Made by a program: the position numbers and the translations under genes. From Halomicrobium mukohataei DSM 12286 (GTDB lineage: Archaea > Halobacteriota > Halobacteria > Halobacteriales > Haloarculaceae), in NCBI RefSeq assembly GCF_000023965.1, contig NC_013202.1, positions 1,530,001 through 1,562,000 of the forward strand: 32,000 bases of DNA, in the 5' to 3' direction. The notes below the pieces were generated by a model. That model was given only the letters and a program-made list of their open reading frames with translations. It had not been told where the DNA came from and searched no databases. This document shows, piece by piece, positions 1-8,774 of the stretch. The first letter of the stretch is position 1; every line of letters begins with the position of its first letter.

Positions 1-979
1 GGATGGCGTCGATGTCCTGGCTCGCGACGGCCGCGTAGAAGTCGACGATCCGGTCCTGCACGAAGGGGTCGACCCGCCCGGACATCCCGAAGTCGTAGAA
101 CACGAGCGTCCCGTCGGACTGCACTGCGAGGTTCCCCGGATGTGGGTCCGCGTGGAAGACGCCGTCGTCGATGATCATCTGGAGGTAGCTGCGCTGGAGC
201 GTCTCGGCGAGTCGGGTCCGGTCGACCGACAGCTCGTCGAGTTCCTCCACGTCGTTGATCTTCGTTCCGGGGAGGTACTCCATGGTCAACACCCGGTTCG
301 TCGAGTGAGTCTCGACGACGCCGGGGATGCGGATGCGGTCGTTGTCGGCGAAGTTGCCCCGTATCTCGGTGAGCATCTCCGCCTCCCGACCGTAGTCCAT
401 CTCCTCGCGGATCGTCTTCGAGAACTCGTCGGCCAGCGTCTCCAGGGAGAACGAGCGCGTCTCGCCGACGAAGTACATCAGGATCGGGAGCGACCAGCGG
501 ATCGCCCGCAGGTCGGCCTCGACGAGGTCCTCGATGCCGGGGCGTCGAATCTTCACCGCTACGGCATCGCCGTCGACCTCGGCGCGGTACACCTGGCCGA
601 GACTGGCCCCGCTGATGGCCTCGTCCTCGAAGCCGTCGAACGCCTCGTCGACGGGACCGAGCTCGTCTTCGAGGACGGTCCGGGCCTCGTCCCAGGGCGC
701 TGGCGGCACCCGATCTTGCAGCTGGGCGAACTCGTCGATGTATTCGGGCGGAAGGACGTCCGGCCGCGTCGACAGCAGCTGTCCCAGCTTGATGAACGTC
801 GGTCCCAGCGTCAGCAGCGAGTCCAGCAGCCGGCCGGCGCGGCGACGGCGCTGTTCGGGAGTGACGTCTCTGGAGCGCCCGAACAGGAGAAATCGGTTCC
901 GGTCCCGTGCGTAGGACAGCCCCAGCGGGAGGAAGTGACGAACGACGACGACGAACCGCCAGTAGGCGCGGAGATTCAC
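1..979 (-). CDS. ABC1/UbiB-family atypical kinase (N-terminal ~326 codons; gene runs off the window start)
   Basis: Edge-truncated, so absent from the ORF track. My reverse-complement translation from GTG at 979 (in-frame TGA just upstream) reads VNLRAYWRF...LGPTFIKLGQLLSTRPDVLPPEYIDEFAQLQDRVPP...GASLGQVYRAEVDGDAVAVKIRRPGI...MEYLPGTKI...IIDDGVFHADPHPGNLAV. This is the ABC1/AarF/UbiB signature. The + ORF 140..985 is its antisense shadow. Confidence 0.85.
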   Translation of the reverse strand, partial: MNLRAYWRFVVVVRHFLPLGLSYARDRNRFLLFGRSRDVTPEQRRRRAGRLLDSLLTLGPTFIKLGQLLSTRPDVLPPEYIDEFAQLQDRVPPAPWDEARTVLEDELGPVDEAFDGFEDEAISGASLGQVYRAEVDGDAVAVKIRRPGIEDLVEADLRAIRWSLPILMYFVGETRSFSLETLADEFSKTIREEMDYGREAEMLTEIRGNFADNDRIRIPGVVETHSTNRVLTMEYLPGTKINDVEELDELSVDRTRLAETLQRSYLQMIIDDGVFHADPHPGNLAVQSDGTLVFYDFGMSGRVDPFVQDRIVDFYAAVASQDIDAI

Positions 980-997
980 CGATGAGCCACCCCGTGA

Positions 998-1354
998 TCA
1001 GGCGTCCTCGACGGGGATCGTCGTCTCGGTCCCGACGCCGGCCTTCGGCAGTCTGAGTTCGAAGACGCCGCGGTCGATCGTCCCCTCGGCACCCGTCCCC
1101 GTCGCGTCTGGGGGAAGCGGGAGCTCTGCGTCCAGAAACAGCGAGCGGTCCTCCTCGACGTAGCGAAACTCCGAGCCCACGTCTTTCCCGCGCTGGGCCT
1201 CGATCACGATCGACCCTCCGTCGACGCTGACGTCGATCGTGTCGGCAGTGACGCCTGGAAGGTCGACGACCAGCAGGTAGGCGTCGTCCGATTCGAGCAC
1301 GTCGGCGAACACCGAGGCGGGGAGATCCCCCAGGGCGTCACGGAGCGCTGACAT
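998..1354 (-). CDS. small heat-shock protein, Hsp20/alpha-crystallin family
   Basis: Internal Met of ORF 998..1996: MSALRDALGDLPASVFADVLESDDAYLLVVDLPGV...IDRGVFELRLPK, an alpha-crystallin-domain pattern. A T5 TATA-like tract (1380-1384 on the minus strand) lies ~28 nt upstream of this ATG. The longer N-terminal extension is Arg/Pro-rich antisense of the neighbouring gene. Confidence 0.8.
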   Translation of the reverse strand: MSALRDALGDLPASVFADVLESDDAYLLVVDLPGVTADTIDVSVDGGSIVIEAQRGKDVGSEFRYVEEDRSLFLDAELPLPPDATGTGAEGTIDRGVFELRLPKAGVGTETTIPVEDA

Positions 1355-1459
1355 ACACGGTGCTTGGGAATGGTGGGCGAAAAAGGCCGCGGTCGCGGCC
1401 AGAAACGGTGCCGGGACGGACACGGCCGGACTTTTGTTCACGGCGTCGAACAGAGAGAC

Positions 1460-2383
1460 ATGACCGATTCTACAGGCGATCTGACGGCGATCGCCGACGC
1501 CCGCGACACGCTCACGACGCTGGTCGAGCCCATCGAACGCACCGACACCGTCCCGCTGTCGGTCGCGGAAGGGCGCGTGCTCGCCGAGGAGCTGGTGGCC
1601 CGCGAGAGCAGCCCGGCCGACGGGATTGCGGTCGACGACCGGCTCTTTGCCCGGGGCCACCGCCTGCGCTCGACGGATCTCGGGCTCCTGAAAGTGGCCG
1701 GCGTCGACGACGTACTCGCCGTCCAGCGCCCGACGGTCGGTATCGTTCCGACCGGCGACGAGCTCGTCCAGCGCGAGGCCGGCGCGGGCGAGCGCGTCGA
1801 GACGACGGCGTTTACGCTCTCCCAGCACGTCGACCGCTGGGGCGGGAAGGTGACCTACCGCGACACCGTCGGCGAGGACCGCCACGCGCTCCGGGCGGCG
1901 ATCCAGCGGGATCTGACCCGCGACGCACTGGTGGTGACCGGCGTGACGGCGGGCGATCCCGTCCACGAAGTCGTCGCGGACCTCGGGTCGATCCACGTCG
2001 ACGGCGTCGCCAGCGATCCGGGCCAGACGGTCGCCGTCGCCAGCGTCGAGGAGCGGCCGGTCCTGCTCGTGCCGGAGTCACCGGTCGACTGTCTCGTCGC
2101 CGCCGTCCAGTTGCTCCGTCCGCTCGTCGCCGAACTCTCGGGCGCACCGCTGCCCGCTCACGCACACCACCACGCCGCGCTGTCGGACTCGGTCGAGAGT
2201 GCGTCCGGCGTCAGGACCCTCGTTCCGGTCGAGTTAGCCGATCACGTGGCGACTCCGCTGGGGGACGGCCAGCCCACGCTTCGAGACGTGATCCGGGCCG
2301 ACGGCTGGGTCACCGTCGAAGAGAACGACGACGGACTGGCCGCCGAAGCGTCGGTCGGCGTGATCGACTGGGAACACGCCTAA
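1460..2383 (+). CDS. MoeA-like molybdopterin-biosynthesis domain protein (short, degenerate)
   Basis: From Met33 of ORF 1364..2383: MTDSTGDLTAIADARDTLTTLVEPIERTDTVPLSVAEGRVLAEELVA...RPTVGIVPTGDELV...ALVVTGVTAGD. This resembles the MoeA N-terminal and MoCF-type domains, but at ~307 aa it appears to lack the central barrel of canonical ~400-aa MoeA. A TATA-like ACTTTTGTT (1430-1438) lies ~26 nt upstream. Confidence 0.55.
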   Translation: MTDSTGDLTAIADARDTLTTLVEPIERTDTVPLSVAEGRVLAEELVARESSPADGIAVDDRLFARGHRLRSTDLGLLKVAGVDDVLAVQRPTVGIVPTGDELVQREAGAGERVETTAFTLSQHVDRWGGKVTYRDTVGEDRHALRAAIQRDLTRDALVVTGVTAGDPVHEVVADLGSIHVDGVASDPGQTVAVASVEERPVLLVPESPVDCLVAAVQLLRPLVAELSGAPLPAHAHHHAALSDSVESASGVRTLVPVELADHVATPLGDGQPTLRDVIRADGWVTVEENDDGLAAEASVGVIDWEHA

Positions 2384-2457
2384 CGGGGTTCTCGTCGCCG
2401 TTTGCCGGCCGGACGCCGCGGTCGCTCCAGTACGCATCGAACAGAGTCCGGACGGGC

Positions 2458-3093
2458 TCAGCTCATCTCGCCGAATCCGGTGACGCGGCGGTCACCGAGG
2501 ACACACTGGCCGCGCTCTGCGGGATCGTAGCGCTCGACGTGGATCGCGTCGAGCCCGGCGTTCCAGGCGGCACCGATGTCGTCGGGGTCGTCCCCGGCCA
2601 GAACCCCCTCGTGGCCGTCGTGGGCGACGCCGAGATCCGTCATCGCCATCTCGACGGGCGTGGGATCGGGCTTCCAGCCGGTCTCGTCAGAACAGCAGAC
2701 GACCGTGTCGAACCAGTCTCGGATGTCGAGCCGATCCAGCACCGGATCCGTGAGGTACGGCTGGCAGTGCGTGACCACGCCGACCGGCGCGTCGATCTCG
2801 CAGATGAACGACTCGGCGTCGTCGTAGAGGTAGGTCGCCCCGGCTCGGTCGGCGGGCTGCTCGACCTCGTGGAACGTCTCCCAGAACCGTTCGGGTTCGA
2901 CGCCGCGCCTGCGCAGGACGCGCTCACGGACGCCGCCGAGGCCGTACCAGAGGATCTCGGCCTCTCGCTCCGTGAAGGAGACGCCGAGTCGGTCGCCGAC
3001 CGCCGATACGACCGTCGGTGGGTACGACGGGTCGATGTCGACGACGGTCCCGTCGAGATCGAACAGCCAGAAGTCGTAGTCGGTGCGGGCCAT
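2458..3093 (-). CDS. HAD-superfamily hydrolase
   Basis: 211-aa ORF. N-terminal motif I FDLDGTVVD, later ...GWKPDP... and GDDPDDIGAAWNAG (motif III/IV-like), and acidic composition. Confidence 0.8.
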   Translation of the reverse strand: MARTDYDFWLFDLDGTVVDIDPSYPPTVVSAVGDRLGVSFTEREAEILWYGLGGVRERVLRRRGVEPERFWETFHEVEQPADRAGATYLYDDAESFICEIDAPVGVVTHCQPYLTDPVLDRLDIRDWFDTVVCCSDETGWKPDPTPVEMAMTDLGVAHDGHEGVLAGDDPDDIGAAWNAGLDAIHVERYDPAERGQCVLGDRRVTGFGEMS

Positions 3094-3332
3094 CGCGACT
3101 ACGTCTGTAGGTTCGCGACGAGTAAATAGCTTCTGGGCCGTCGAACCGTTCAGAGACCGGCTACGACACCGTAGCCGCCGGCTACTCCGACTCGATCACG
3201 CCTCGTCGGTCTGGTGCATCCGCCGTCGCCGGGCTGCCGTGACATACTCACGCAGACGGCCACCGCCGGCAAAACGGTTCGCACGGCCGGAAAAATATAA
3301 CCCAGTTCGGGCTGAACCTCGAAGCGCCCTCC

Positions 3333-4178
3333 ATGAATCTCACGCTCGACAGCGGCAAACTCCTGTACGGACTGGGCGTCGCGTTCGCGCTCGGCGCGCT
3401 GGTCTATTTCGCCCGTGACGTGGTGTTCGGACTCTCGATCACGGTGACCGCGGCGCTGTTGCTCGTCGCGTTCGTCGGCTTCTTGCTGGCCGGACTGTCC
3501 CGAGAGCGGGACCTGCTCGGGACCGTCGCGTTCACGATCTCGGGGCTCTCGTACGTGGTCTTTCTGGGCTACGTCGTCAGCCGGTACGAACCCGGTGAGA
3601 CGGTCGTGTTCTTCCTCCTGGCCGGCTCGGCCGCGCTGTTCGTCGGCCTGGGCTACGGCGTCAGGGAGGCCGATATCGCTCCCGGCCGCCGGACGACGAT
3701 CGGCGTCGTGATCGCGCTGCTGGTCGTCAGCGCCTCGCTGGTGACGGCCGACGCGCTCGGTGGCGACGTGACCTACAGCGTCGAGACGAACGACACCACG
3801 ACGGTGGCGCTGTCCAGCGTCGGGAGCGACACCGACCGAGTTCGCGGGACGGCTCGCGTCGGCACGCTCACCGCCACGAACCCCTCGTGGTTCACTCGTC
3901 CGGTCGATCTCCCCTCGATCCGTGGCTGTCTCGCTGGCGTCGAGCAGGGAGACCGTAGTCGCATAGACGTCGACTACGAGCCGGCGAGCTACGACACGCC
4001 GAACCGACTCGGCGGCCAGTCGACGCGCGTCCACGAACTCACGGTGTCGTTCGACGTCGCAACGAACCAGACCGGGGATCGCCGCTTCGCCGTCGAACGC
4101 CGGGGAGACTGTGAGCCGACGCGCTCGGAGCCGACGCTGTTTCTCGTCGTCGAGCCGGACGACGGCCGGATAGACTGA
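3333..4178 (+). CDS. membrane protein, about 5 N-terminal TM helices plus a C-terminal soluble domain (function unknown)
   Basis: 281-aa ORF with consecutive hydrophobic helices (LLYGLGVAFALGALVYF, GLSITVTAALLLVAFVGFLLAGL, and others), followed by a Thr/Asp/Arg-rich domain. An AATATAA box at 3294-3300 lies upstream. Confidence 0.65.
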   Translation: MNLTLDSGKLLYGLGVAFALGALVYFARDVVFGLSITVTAALLLVAFVGFLLAGLSRERDLLGTVAFTISGLSYVVFLGYVVSRYEPGETVVFFLLAGSAALFVGLGYGVREADIAPGRRTTIGVVIALLVVSASLVTADALGGDVTYSVETNDTTTVALSSVGSDTDRVRGTARVGTLTATNPSWFTRPVDLPSIRGCLAGVEQGDRSRIDVDYEPASYDTPNRLGGQSTRVHELTVSFDVATNQTGDRRFAVERRGDCEPTRSEPTLFLVVEPDDGRID

Positions 4179-4259
4179 TACGGACGGTTGTAGGCGTTTA
4201 CCCAGTCGACCGCACGACGGCGTACGGTCGATCTGGTAAAGACCTACAACTGTCCGTAT
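4178..4259. other. 82-nt extended imperfect hairpin between convergent genes
   Basis: ATACGGACGGTTGTAGGCGTTTACC (4178-4202) pairs with GGTAAAGACCTACAACTGTCCGTAT (4235-4259): 22 Watson-Crick pairs, 1 G-T and 2 mismatches by hand. An inner 7-bp stem is TCGACCG (4206-4212)/CGGTCGA (4225-4231). The structure starts at the last base of the stop codon of CDS 3333..4178. Confidence 0.7.
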
Positions 4260-4336
4260 GAGAAAACGGCGACACCGACCGTCTGACGCCAGTCGACGGC
4301 CGACGCGTTCTGGGGCGTGACGGCCCCGACGGACTC

Positions 4337-4615
4337 TCACCCGTGGATCTCGTCGAAGCGCTCGGCCAGCTCGATGTCGTTTGCCGTGATGCCACCCGCG
4401 TCGTGAGTCGTCAAGCGCACCTCGACCTCGCGCCAGCCGATCGTCATCTCCGGGTGGTGAAACGCCTCCTGTGCGAGGCCACCGGCGGCCGCCGCGAAGC
4501 CGACGCCGTCGAGGTAGGCGTCGAACTCGTAGGTCCGGACGATCTCGTCGCCCTCGCGGTCCCAGTGGTCGGGTAGCTGTGCCGCGATCTCGTCGTCGCT
4601 GAGCAGGTCAGCCAT
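4337..4615 (-). CDS. pterin-4-alpha-carbinolamine dehydratase (PCD/DCoH family)
   Basis: MADLLSDDEIAAQLPDHWDREGDEIVRTYEFDAYLDGVGFAAAAGGLAQEAFHHPEMTIGWREVEVRLTTHDAGGITANDIELAERFDEI. It has the typical PCD length and the HHPE...T(T)H core. I chose the start at Met10 of ORF 4337..4642. Confidence 0.85.
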   Translation of the reverse strand: MADLLSDDEIAAQLPDHWDREGDEIVRTYEFDAYLDGVGFAAAAGGLAQEAFHHPEMTIGWREVEVRLTTHDAGGITANDIELAERFDEIHG

Positions 4616-4657
4616 GTGGACTCCGACGGGCGGAATCGGCAAAACAGTTGGCCCGCT

Positions 4658-6001
4658 CTAGTCGTCGCCCAGTTGCTCCAGCATCGACGCGGGGATCTCC
4701 TCGCGCATTCCCTCCGGGATGTCGTCGACCGACATCCCCTCGGAGAAAGCCGGCGGGCCACCGGCGGTGGTGTCCGGCCCGAAGTCGGGGTCGAACAGCT
4801 GGAGCGCGGTGTTGATCGTCGACCAGTCGTCCTCCTGGGCGGCCTCGCGCAGGCTCTGGGTCGGAGCCGCGAGCAGCTGGGAGACGATCGCGTCGGCCAT
4901 CGACTCGACGACGGCTTGCTGATCGTCGTCGAGATCGAGCTTCGAGAAGGCGGTCTGGAGCTCGCTGGCCTTCACGTGGTCGGCGCTCTCGTACATCGCC
5001 GAGATGACCTGATCGGCCCGCTTGCGTTTGTACTGGTTGAGCAGGTGGTCGAACTCCTCGTCGACCATCGCCTCGACGGCGGTCGCGGCCGTGCGACGCT
5101 GGTCGCGCGTCTCCTCGGTCAGAGACTCCAGCGTGTCCATGTCACAGACGGTGATGTTCGAGAGGGAGTCGGCGTCCGTTGGCACGTCGCGTGGCTGGGC
5201 GATGTCGACGACGAACGTCTCGCCAGCGGTCGCCAGCGTCTCCGTGTCGAGCTGTGGCTCCGGGCTCCCCGTCGCGGTGACGACGACGCGGGCCTCCGAG
5301 AGCAGCGACTCGACGGCGTCGAGCGACACCGCCGTCGCCTCCACGTCGACCGTCTCGGCGACGTACTCGGCGTTGGGAACGGTGCGGTTGGCGACAACGA
5401 GCCGGTCGACCGTCGGCGCGAGGGACTTGGCCGCACGCGTCCCCATCTCGCCGGCACCGACGACCACCCCGGTCTCGCCGTCGAGGGTACACTCGTCGGT
5501 CGCGAGCCCGACGGCCGCAGAGGCGATCGAGACGGAGCCTTCGTTGATCGCCGTCTCGGTCCGGGCCCGCTCGCCGACGTGGATCGCCTTCGTGATGCCG
5601 TCTTCGAGCACGGAGCCGATGCCGCCGACGGCACGGGCGTCCTGGTAGGCTCGCCGGACCTGCCCGAGGATCTGGTCCTCGCCGAGGACGATCGATTCGA
5701 GGCCGGCCGCGACACGGAGGAGGTGGCGCAGGCTCTGCTCGTGGTCCATCCGGACCACCGCGTCGTCGTCGACCGAGTCGGTAAACAGCGAGAGGGCGTC
5801 GTCGGTTCCCTCTTCGGTGACGACGTACCCCTCGATCCGGTTGCACGTCTGGAGTGCGAACGCCTCTTCGACGGCCGGCTCCGTCAGGAGCGACTCGACC
5901 GCGTGGCGTTGGCTCTCCGTCGCTGCTGCCTCTCGGTCCTCGACGGTGGCGTGCTCGTGGGCGACGCTAACGCCAGAGATGACGCCCGTGCCAGCTTTCA
6001 C
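4658..6001 (-). CDS. hemA: glutamyl-tRNA reductase
   Basis: 447-aa ORF with the active-site motif ALQTCNRIE, an NADPH-binding VVVGAGEMG, and a C-terminal dimerisation helix. Its start overlaps the upstream gene's stop (ATGA at 5998-6001). Confidence 0.93.
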   Translation of the reverse strand: MKAGTGVISGVSVAHEHATVEDREAAATESQRHAVESLLTEPAVEEAFALQTCNRIEGYVVTEEGTDDALSLFTDSVDDDAVVRMDHEQSLRHLLRVAAGLESIVLGEDQILGQVRRAYQDARAVGGIGSVLEDGITKAIHVGERARTETAINEGSVSIASAAVGLATDECTLDGETGVVVGAGEMGTRAAKSLAPTVDRLVVANRTVPNAEYVAETVDVEATAVSLDAVESLLSEARVVVTATGSPEPQLDTETLATAGETFVVDIAQPRDVPTDADSLSNITVCDMDTLESLTEETRDQRRTAATAVEAMVDEEFDHLLNQYKRKRADQVISAMYESADHVKASELQTAFSKLDLDDDQQAVVESMADAIVSQLLAAPTQSLREAAQEDDWSTINTALQLFDPDFGPDTTAGGPPAFSEGMSVDDIPEGMREEIPASMLEQLGDD

Positions 6002-6645
6002 GATAGATCACCAGTATGCTCGTCGATCACGTCAGTAACTACTTGCCTAGTGTTACTCCCCGGGCTATCTAAAGCCTTCCAAACGCGGTGAGATCTGACG
6101 GCGGCTCTGATCGCGTCGCGGCGCTCGGTCGGCGAGACGCCACGGGCTTTCAGCTCGGTTCGGAGTTCGCCGGTCACCGCGGCCAACTCGCCGACACCGG
6201 CAAACTCCGTTTCGAAGCGCTCGCGCAGGTGTTTCGACAGCGCGGGACTGGTCCCGCCGGTCGCGACGGCGACGGTGACCGGCCCGTCTCGGACCGTCGC
6301 GGGGACGACGACGCTGCCCACCTCACGGTCGCCGTCTACGTCCGTGCGGTTGACGAGTGCGCCCCGCTCGCGCGCGCCGTCGGCGATGGCCTCGTTGAGC
6401 GCCGCGTCGTCGGTCGCTGCCACGACGAGGGCCGGCCGGGTCCGCTCGATCCAGTCGGCGGCGGCCGCGGCGTCGGGGGCCGCTCTGACACGCTCGGCGT
6501 CGCCGAACCCGCGGTCGGCGAAGTCGGGGCTGACGACGATCACGTCCGCCTCGCGGTCGAACCGCCGGGCCTTGCGCGCACCGACCGGCCCGCCGCCGAA
6601 GACCAGGACCGTCTCGTCGGTGAAATCGTGCATGAGCGGGAGCAT
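5998..6645 (-). CDS. sirC: precorrin-2 dehydrogenase / sirohydrochlorin ferrochelatase (CysG N-terminal/SirC/Met8-like)
   Basis: 215-aa ORF with a Rossmann motif VLVFGGGPVGARK, then ...VATGGTSPALSKHLRERFE, typical of siroheme-synthase N-terminal domain proteins. It is packed tightly between ahbAB and hemA. Confidence 0.85.
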   Translation of the reverse strand: MLPLMHDFTDETVLVFGGGPVGARKARRFDREADVIVVSPDFADRGFGDAERVRAAPDAAAAADWIERTRPALVVAATDDAALNEAIADGARERGALVNRTDVDGDREVGSVVVPATVRDGPVTVAVATGGTSPALSKHLRERFETEFAGVGELAAVTGELRTELKARGVSPTERRDAIRAAVRSHRVWKALDSPGSNTRQVVTDVIDEHTGDLS

Positions 6646-6648
6646 CGC

Positions 6649-7728
6649 TCAGTCCCTCGTCGGCTCGTCGGCGGGGTCGATCACGTTCGCCTCGGCGCGC
6701 TCGTCCATCCGGATGCCGGTCTTCTTGAGGATCTCCGTCGAGAACAGCGTGTCCCAGTCGCTCTCGGACACGTCCCAGTACTCCGCCATCCGATCCCGTA
6801 CTTGCTCGACGCGCCGGTCGCTCTCGGCCTCGCTGCGGCCGTGGGTCATCGCGAAGACGTTGTACTCCCAGACGCCGTCGTGGCGCGGTCGCTCGTAGCA
6901 GTGGGTGACGAAGTCGAAGCTCGCGACCGCGGGGCCGACCTCCTCGACCACGTCGTCGGGGACGTTCCAGACGGTCATCCCGTTCTCGGAGTAGCCCAGC
7001 GCGTAGTGGTTGGGGACGACACCGACCCGGCGGACCTTCCCCTCGCGCTCGAAGCGCTTGATCGTCTCGACGACCCACTCGGTCTCGGCGTCGATGGCGT
7101 CGGCCACGTCTCGGTAGGGCGTCTCAGTCACCGGGAGTCCGCCCTGAATCTCCAGTACCAGATCGAGTTCGTCGGGCGTCAGGCCGTCCCGGTCGGTCGG
7201 TGTCACGTCGGGACCCAGTGCCGACAGATCGACGCTGTCGTCTTCGAGCGGGCCCTCGACGGGGAACTTCGCTTCGACGCGGAACTCCCGTTGCTTCGGG
7301 AGGTTGTAGGTCTCCTGGCCGGTCGCGTCCTCGATCTCGGCGAGCACCGCTGGAATCCGATCCTCGTCGGCCACCGAGAGGACGAACCACATGTTCAGGT
7401 GGGGGTGCTCACGGCGGTAGTTGTGGGCCACCTCGCGGAAGTCGTTGACCCGCTCTGCCACCTCGTCGAACCGCTCTTCTGGGGCGTGCATCGCCACCAG
7501 CGTCGCCATCCCGCCGATCGCCTCGGCGTCGATCAGCGCGCCGAAGCGAGTCAGCGTCCCCGCCTCGTCCATGCGGGCGATCCGCTCGACCAGTTCGCCT
7601 TCGGTCACGTCGATGCCGCGGTCCCGCAGCGCCGCCGCGGCGGGCTCGAAGGGCCGCTCGACGACCGGGAATCCACCCTGGAAGGCGTTGGCGATCGCGC
7701 GGTCGACGGACCCCAGCTCCTCACTCAT
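6649..7728 (-). CDS. ahbAB: siroheme decarboxylase, fused AhbA/AhbB (two Lrp/AsnC-like modules)
   Basis: From Met76 of ORF 6649..7953: MSEELGSVDRAIANAFQGGFPVVERPFE...GALIDAEAIGG...HNYRREHPHLNMWFVLS, then a second module LDLVLEIQGGLPVTETPY...VGVVPNHYALGYSENGMTVWNV...HCYERPRH...YNVFAMTHG. A TATA-like box at 7752-7758 lies ~27 nt upstream of this ATG. Confidence 0.85.
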   Translation of the reverse strand: MSEELGSVDRAIANAFQGGFPVVERPFEPAAAALRDRGIDVTEGELVERIARMDEAGTLTRFGALIDAEAIGGMATLVAMHAPEERFDEVAERVNDFREVAHNYRREHPHLNMWFVLSVADEDRIPAVLAEIEDATGQETYNLPKQREFRVEAKFPVEGPLEDDSVDLSALGPDVTPTDRDGLTPDELDLVLEIQGGLPVTETPYRDVADAIDAETEWVVETIKRFEREGKVRRVGVVPNHYALGYSENGMTVWNVPDDVVEEVGPAVASFDFVTHCYERPRHDGVWEYNVFAMTHGRSEAESDRRVEQVRDRMAEYWDVSESDWDTLFSTEILKKTGIRMDERAEANVIDPADEPTRD

Positions 7729-7870
7729 GTCCGGTGCTCGGTCCTCGGTGGGTATAAGCCCCGCGGGAGGATCGATCGGCGAGACAGAACACGCCTCGAC
7801 GCCGACAGCGACGGGTCCGGAGAGCACCGGCGGCGAACGAACTTTCAGTCTCGCCGACGTAACTGGGACG

Positions 7871-8152
7871 ATGATCTCGACGGCCGAACTCGCGATCAGA
7901 CTGCTGACGTTCCTGTTCGTCCTCGTGGCAGTTCCACTCTCTTTCGTCCTCATGTTCCGGTTCCTCGACTACATCGCGATGGACGGCCTGATCGAGGAGT
8001 ACCGGACCGGTGGGAGCAGTCCGGTTCGAGACCGCGGGCAGCTGAACGCCTACTTCGAGGCCAGCGAGGCGGCGACGACCTGCCCCCGCTGTGGCGCGGC
8101 CAACGGGGAGGACTACACGTACTGTCACACCTGTCAGGCGAGCCTGGAGTGA
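7871..8152 (+). CDS. small membrane-anchored zinc-ribbon protein (function unknown)
   Basis: The last 93 aa of ORF 7421..8152: MISTAELAIRLLTFLFVLVAVPLSFVLMFRFL (one TM helix), ending in CPRCGAANGEDYTYCHTCQASLE (CxxC...CxxC). The upstream part of the ORF is antisense to ahbAB. Confidence 0.65.
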   Translation: MISTAELAIRLLTFLFVLVAVPLSFVLMFRFLDYIAMDGLIEEYRTGGSSPVRDRGQLNAYFEASEAATTCPRCGAANGEDYTYCHTCQASLE

Positions 8153-8233
8153 GCGCGAGAGCGGTCGGTCCGCTGGGAGGGTGTCGAGAGGGGCCACCGT
8201 GGCGGCTGACGGCGCGATCACCCCTCGACGCAG

Positions 8234-8659
8234 CTACTCCCCGAGAGTCTGCAGGAACGTCTCGAAGACGCCGGTACAGTGTCCACAGAGCGCGTAGTGG
8301 TGCCGGTCGACCGGCGGCGTCGCGTGATCGGTGCCGGCGCGGTACCACTCGACGCCGACGGGCGGCTCCGAGAGGGGATCGCCACAGAAGCTACAGTCCT
8401 CGGCGACGCGCGCGTATCCGGCGGCGATGGAATCGGCGTCGACCGGCGGCTCGGGAACGGACGCCCAGTCGTCGAGCAGTTCGGCGACGGCCGGCTGACA
8501 GTCCGGACAGATGCCGGCGACCGGCGGGTCGAGGCTGGCCGTCCGTCTGTCGCCGTAGCTCTGGAGGACCCACTGGTCGTCGCGACCGAGCGGGTCCGCA
8601 CAGATCTGACAGACCGTCGACGGCAGACCGGGACGAACGAGCGTGTGATCGTCGCACAT
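8234..8659 (-). CDS. cysteine-rich protein with four CxxC motifs (double zinc ribbon; function unknown)
   Basis: From the internal Met of ORF 8234..9166: MCDDHTLVRPGLPSTVCQIC...GICPDC...DCSFC...ALCGHCTGVFETFLQTLGE. A GTATAC TATA-like box at 8684-8689 lies 25-30 nt upstream. Confidence 0.65.
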   Translation of the reverse strand: MCDDHTLVRPGLPSTVCQICADPLGRDDQWVLQSYGDRRTASLDPPVAGICPDCQPAVAELLDDWASVPEPPVDADSIAAGYARVAEDCSFCGDPLSEPPVGVEWYRAGTDHATPPVDRHHYALCGHCTGVFETFLQTLGE

Positions 8660-8774
8660 ACCGGCGGTGTCGACCGGGTGTCGTATACGCGTCCCGGAAC
8701 GACGCCGCGTTCTCCGACCGCGTGGCGGGAGCCGGCGACTCGCTGTCGAGCCGACGGGATAGTCGACGCCGCGG

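Noticed and set aside
1360-3129. 589-aa + ORF, and similar very long ORFs: 4616..6091 +, 6088..8790 + (900 aa), 15742..17478 +, 25315..26889 +, 9186..10484 -, 20609..21688 -, 21673..22905 -, 3150..4340 -, 14182..15594 +.
   Set aside because: Their translations are dominated by Arg/Pro/Gly/Asp/Val runs with no recognisable motifs. Each lies antisense or out of frame to a gene with clear family signatures. These are typical stop-codon-poor shadow ORFs of high-GC DNA.
3135-3285. About 150 nt of unassigned sequence with the hairpin GGCTACG-ACAC-CGTAGCC (3159-3176), checked as a possible tRNA or small RNA.
   Set aside because: There is no T-loop (GTTCRANYC) or acceptor-stem pattern on either strand. 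A single 7-bp hairpin in GC-rich DNA is not sufficient evidence.
4178-4259. Interpretation of the 82-nt hairpin as a MITE or other mobile element.
   Set aside because: There is no flanking direct (target-site) duplication, no second copy of the 25-nt arms in the window, and no transposase nearby. I reported it only as a structure.
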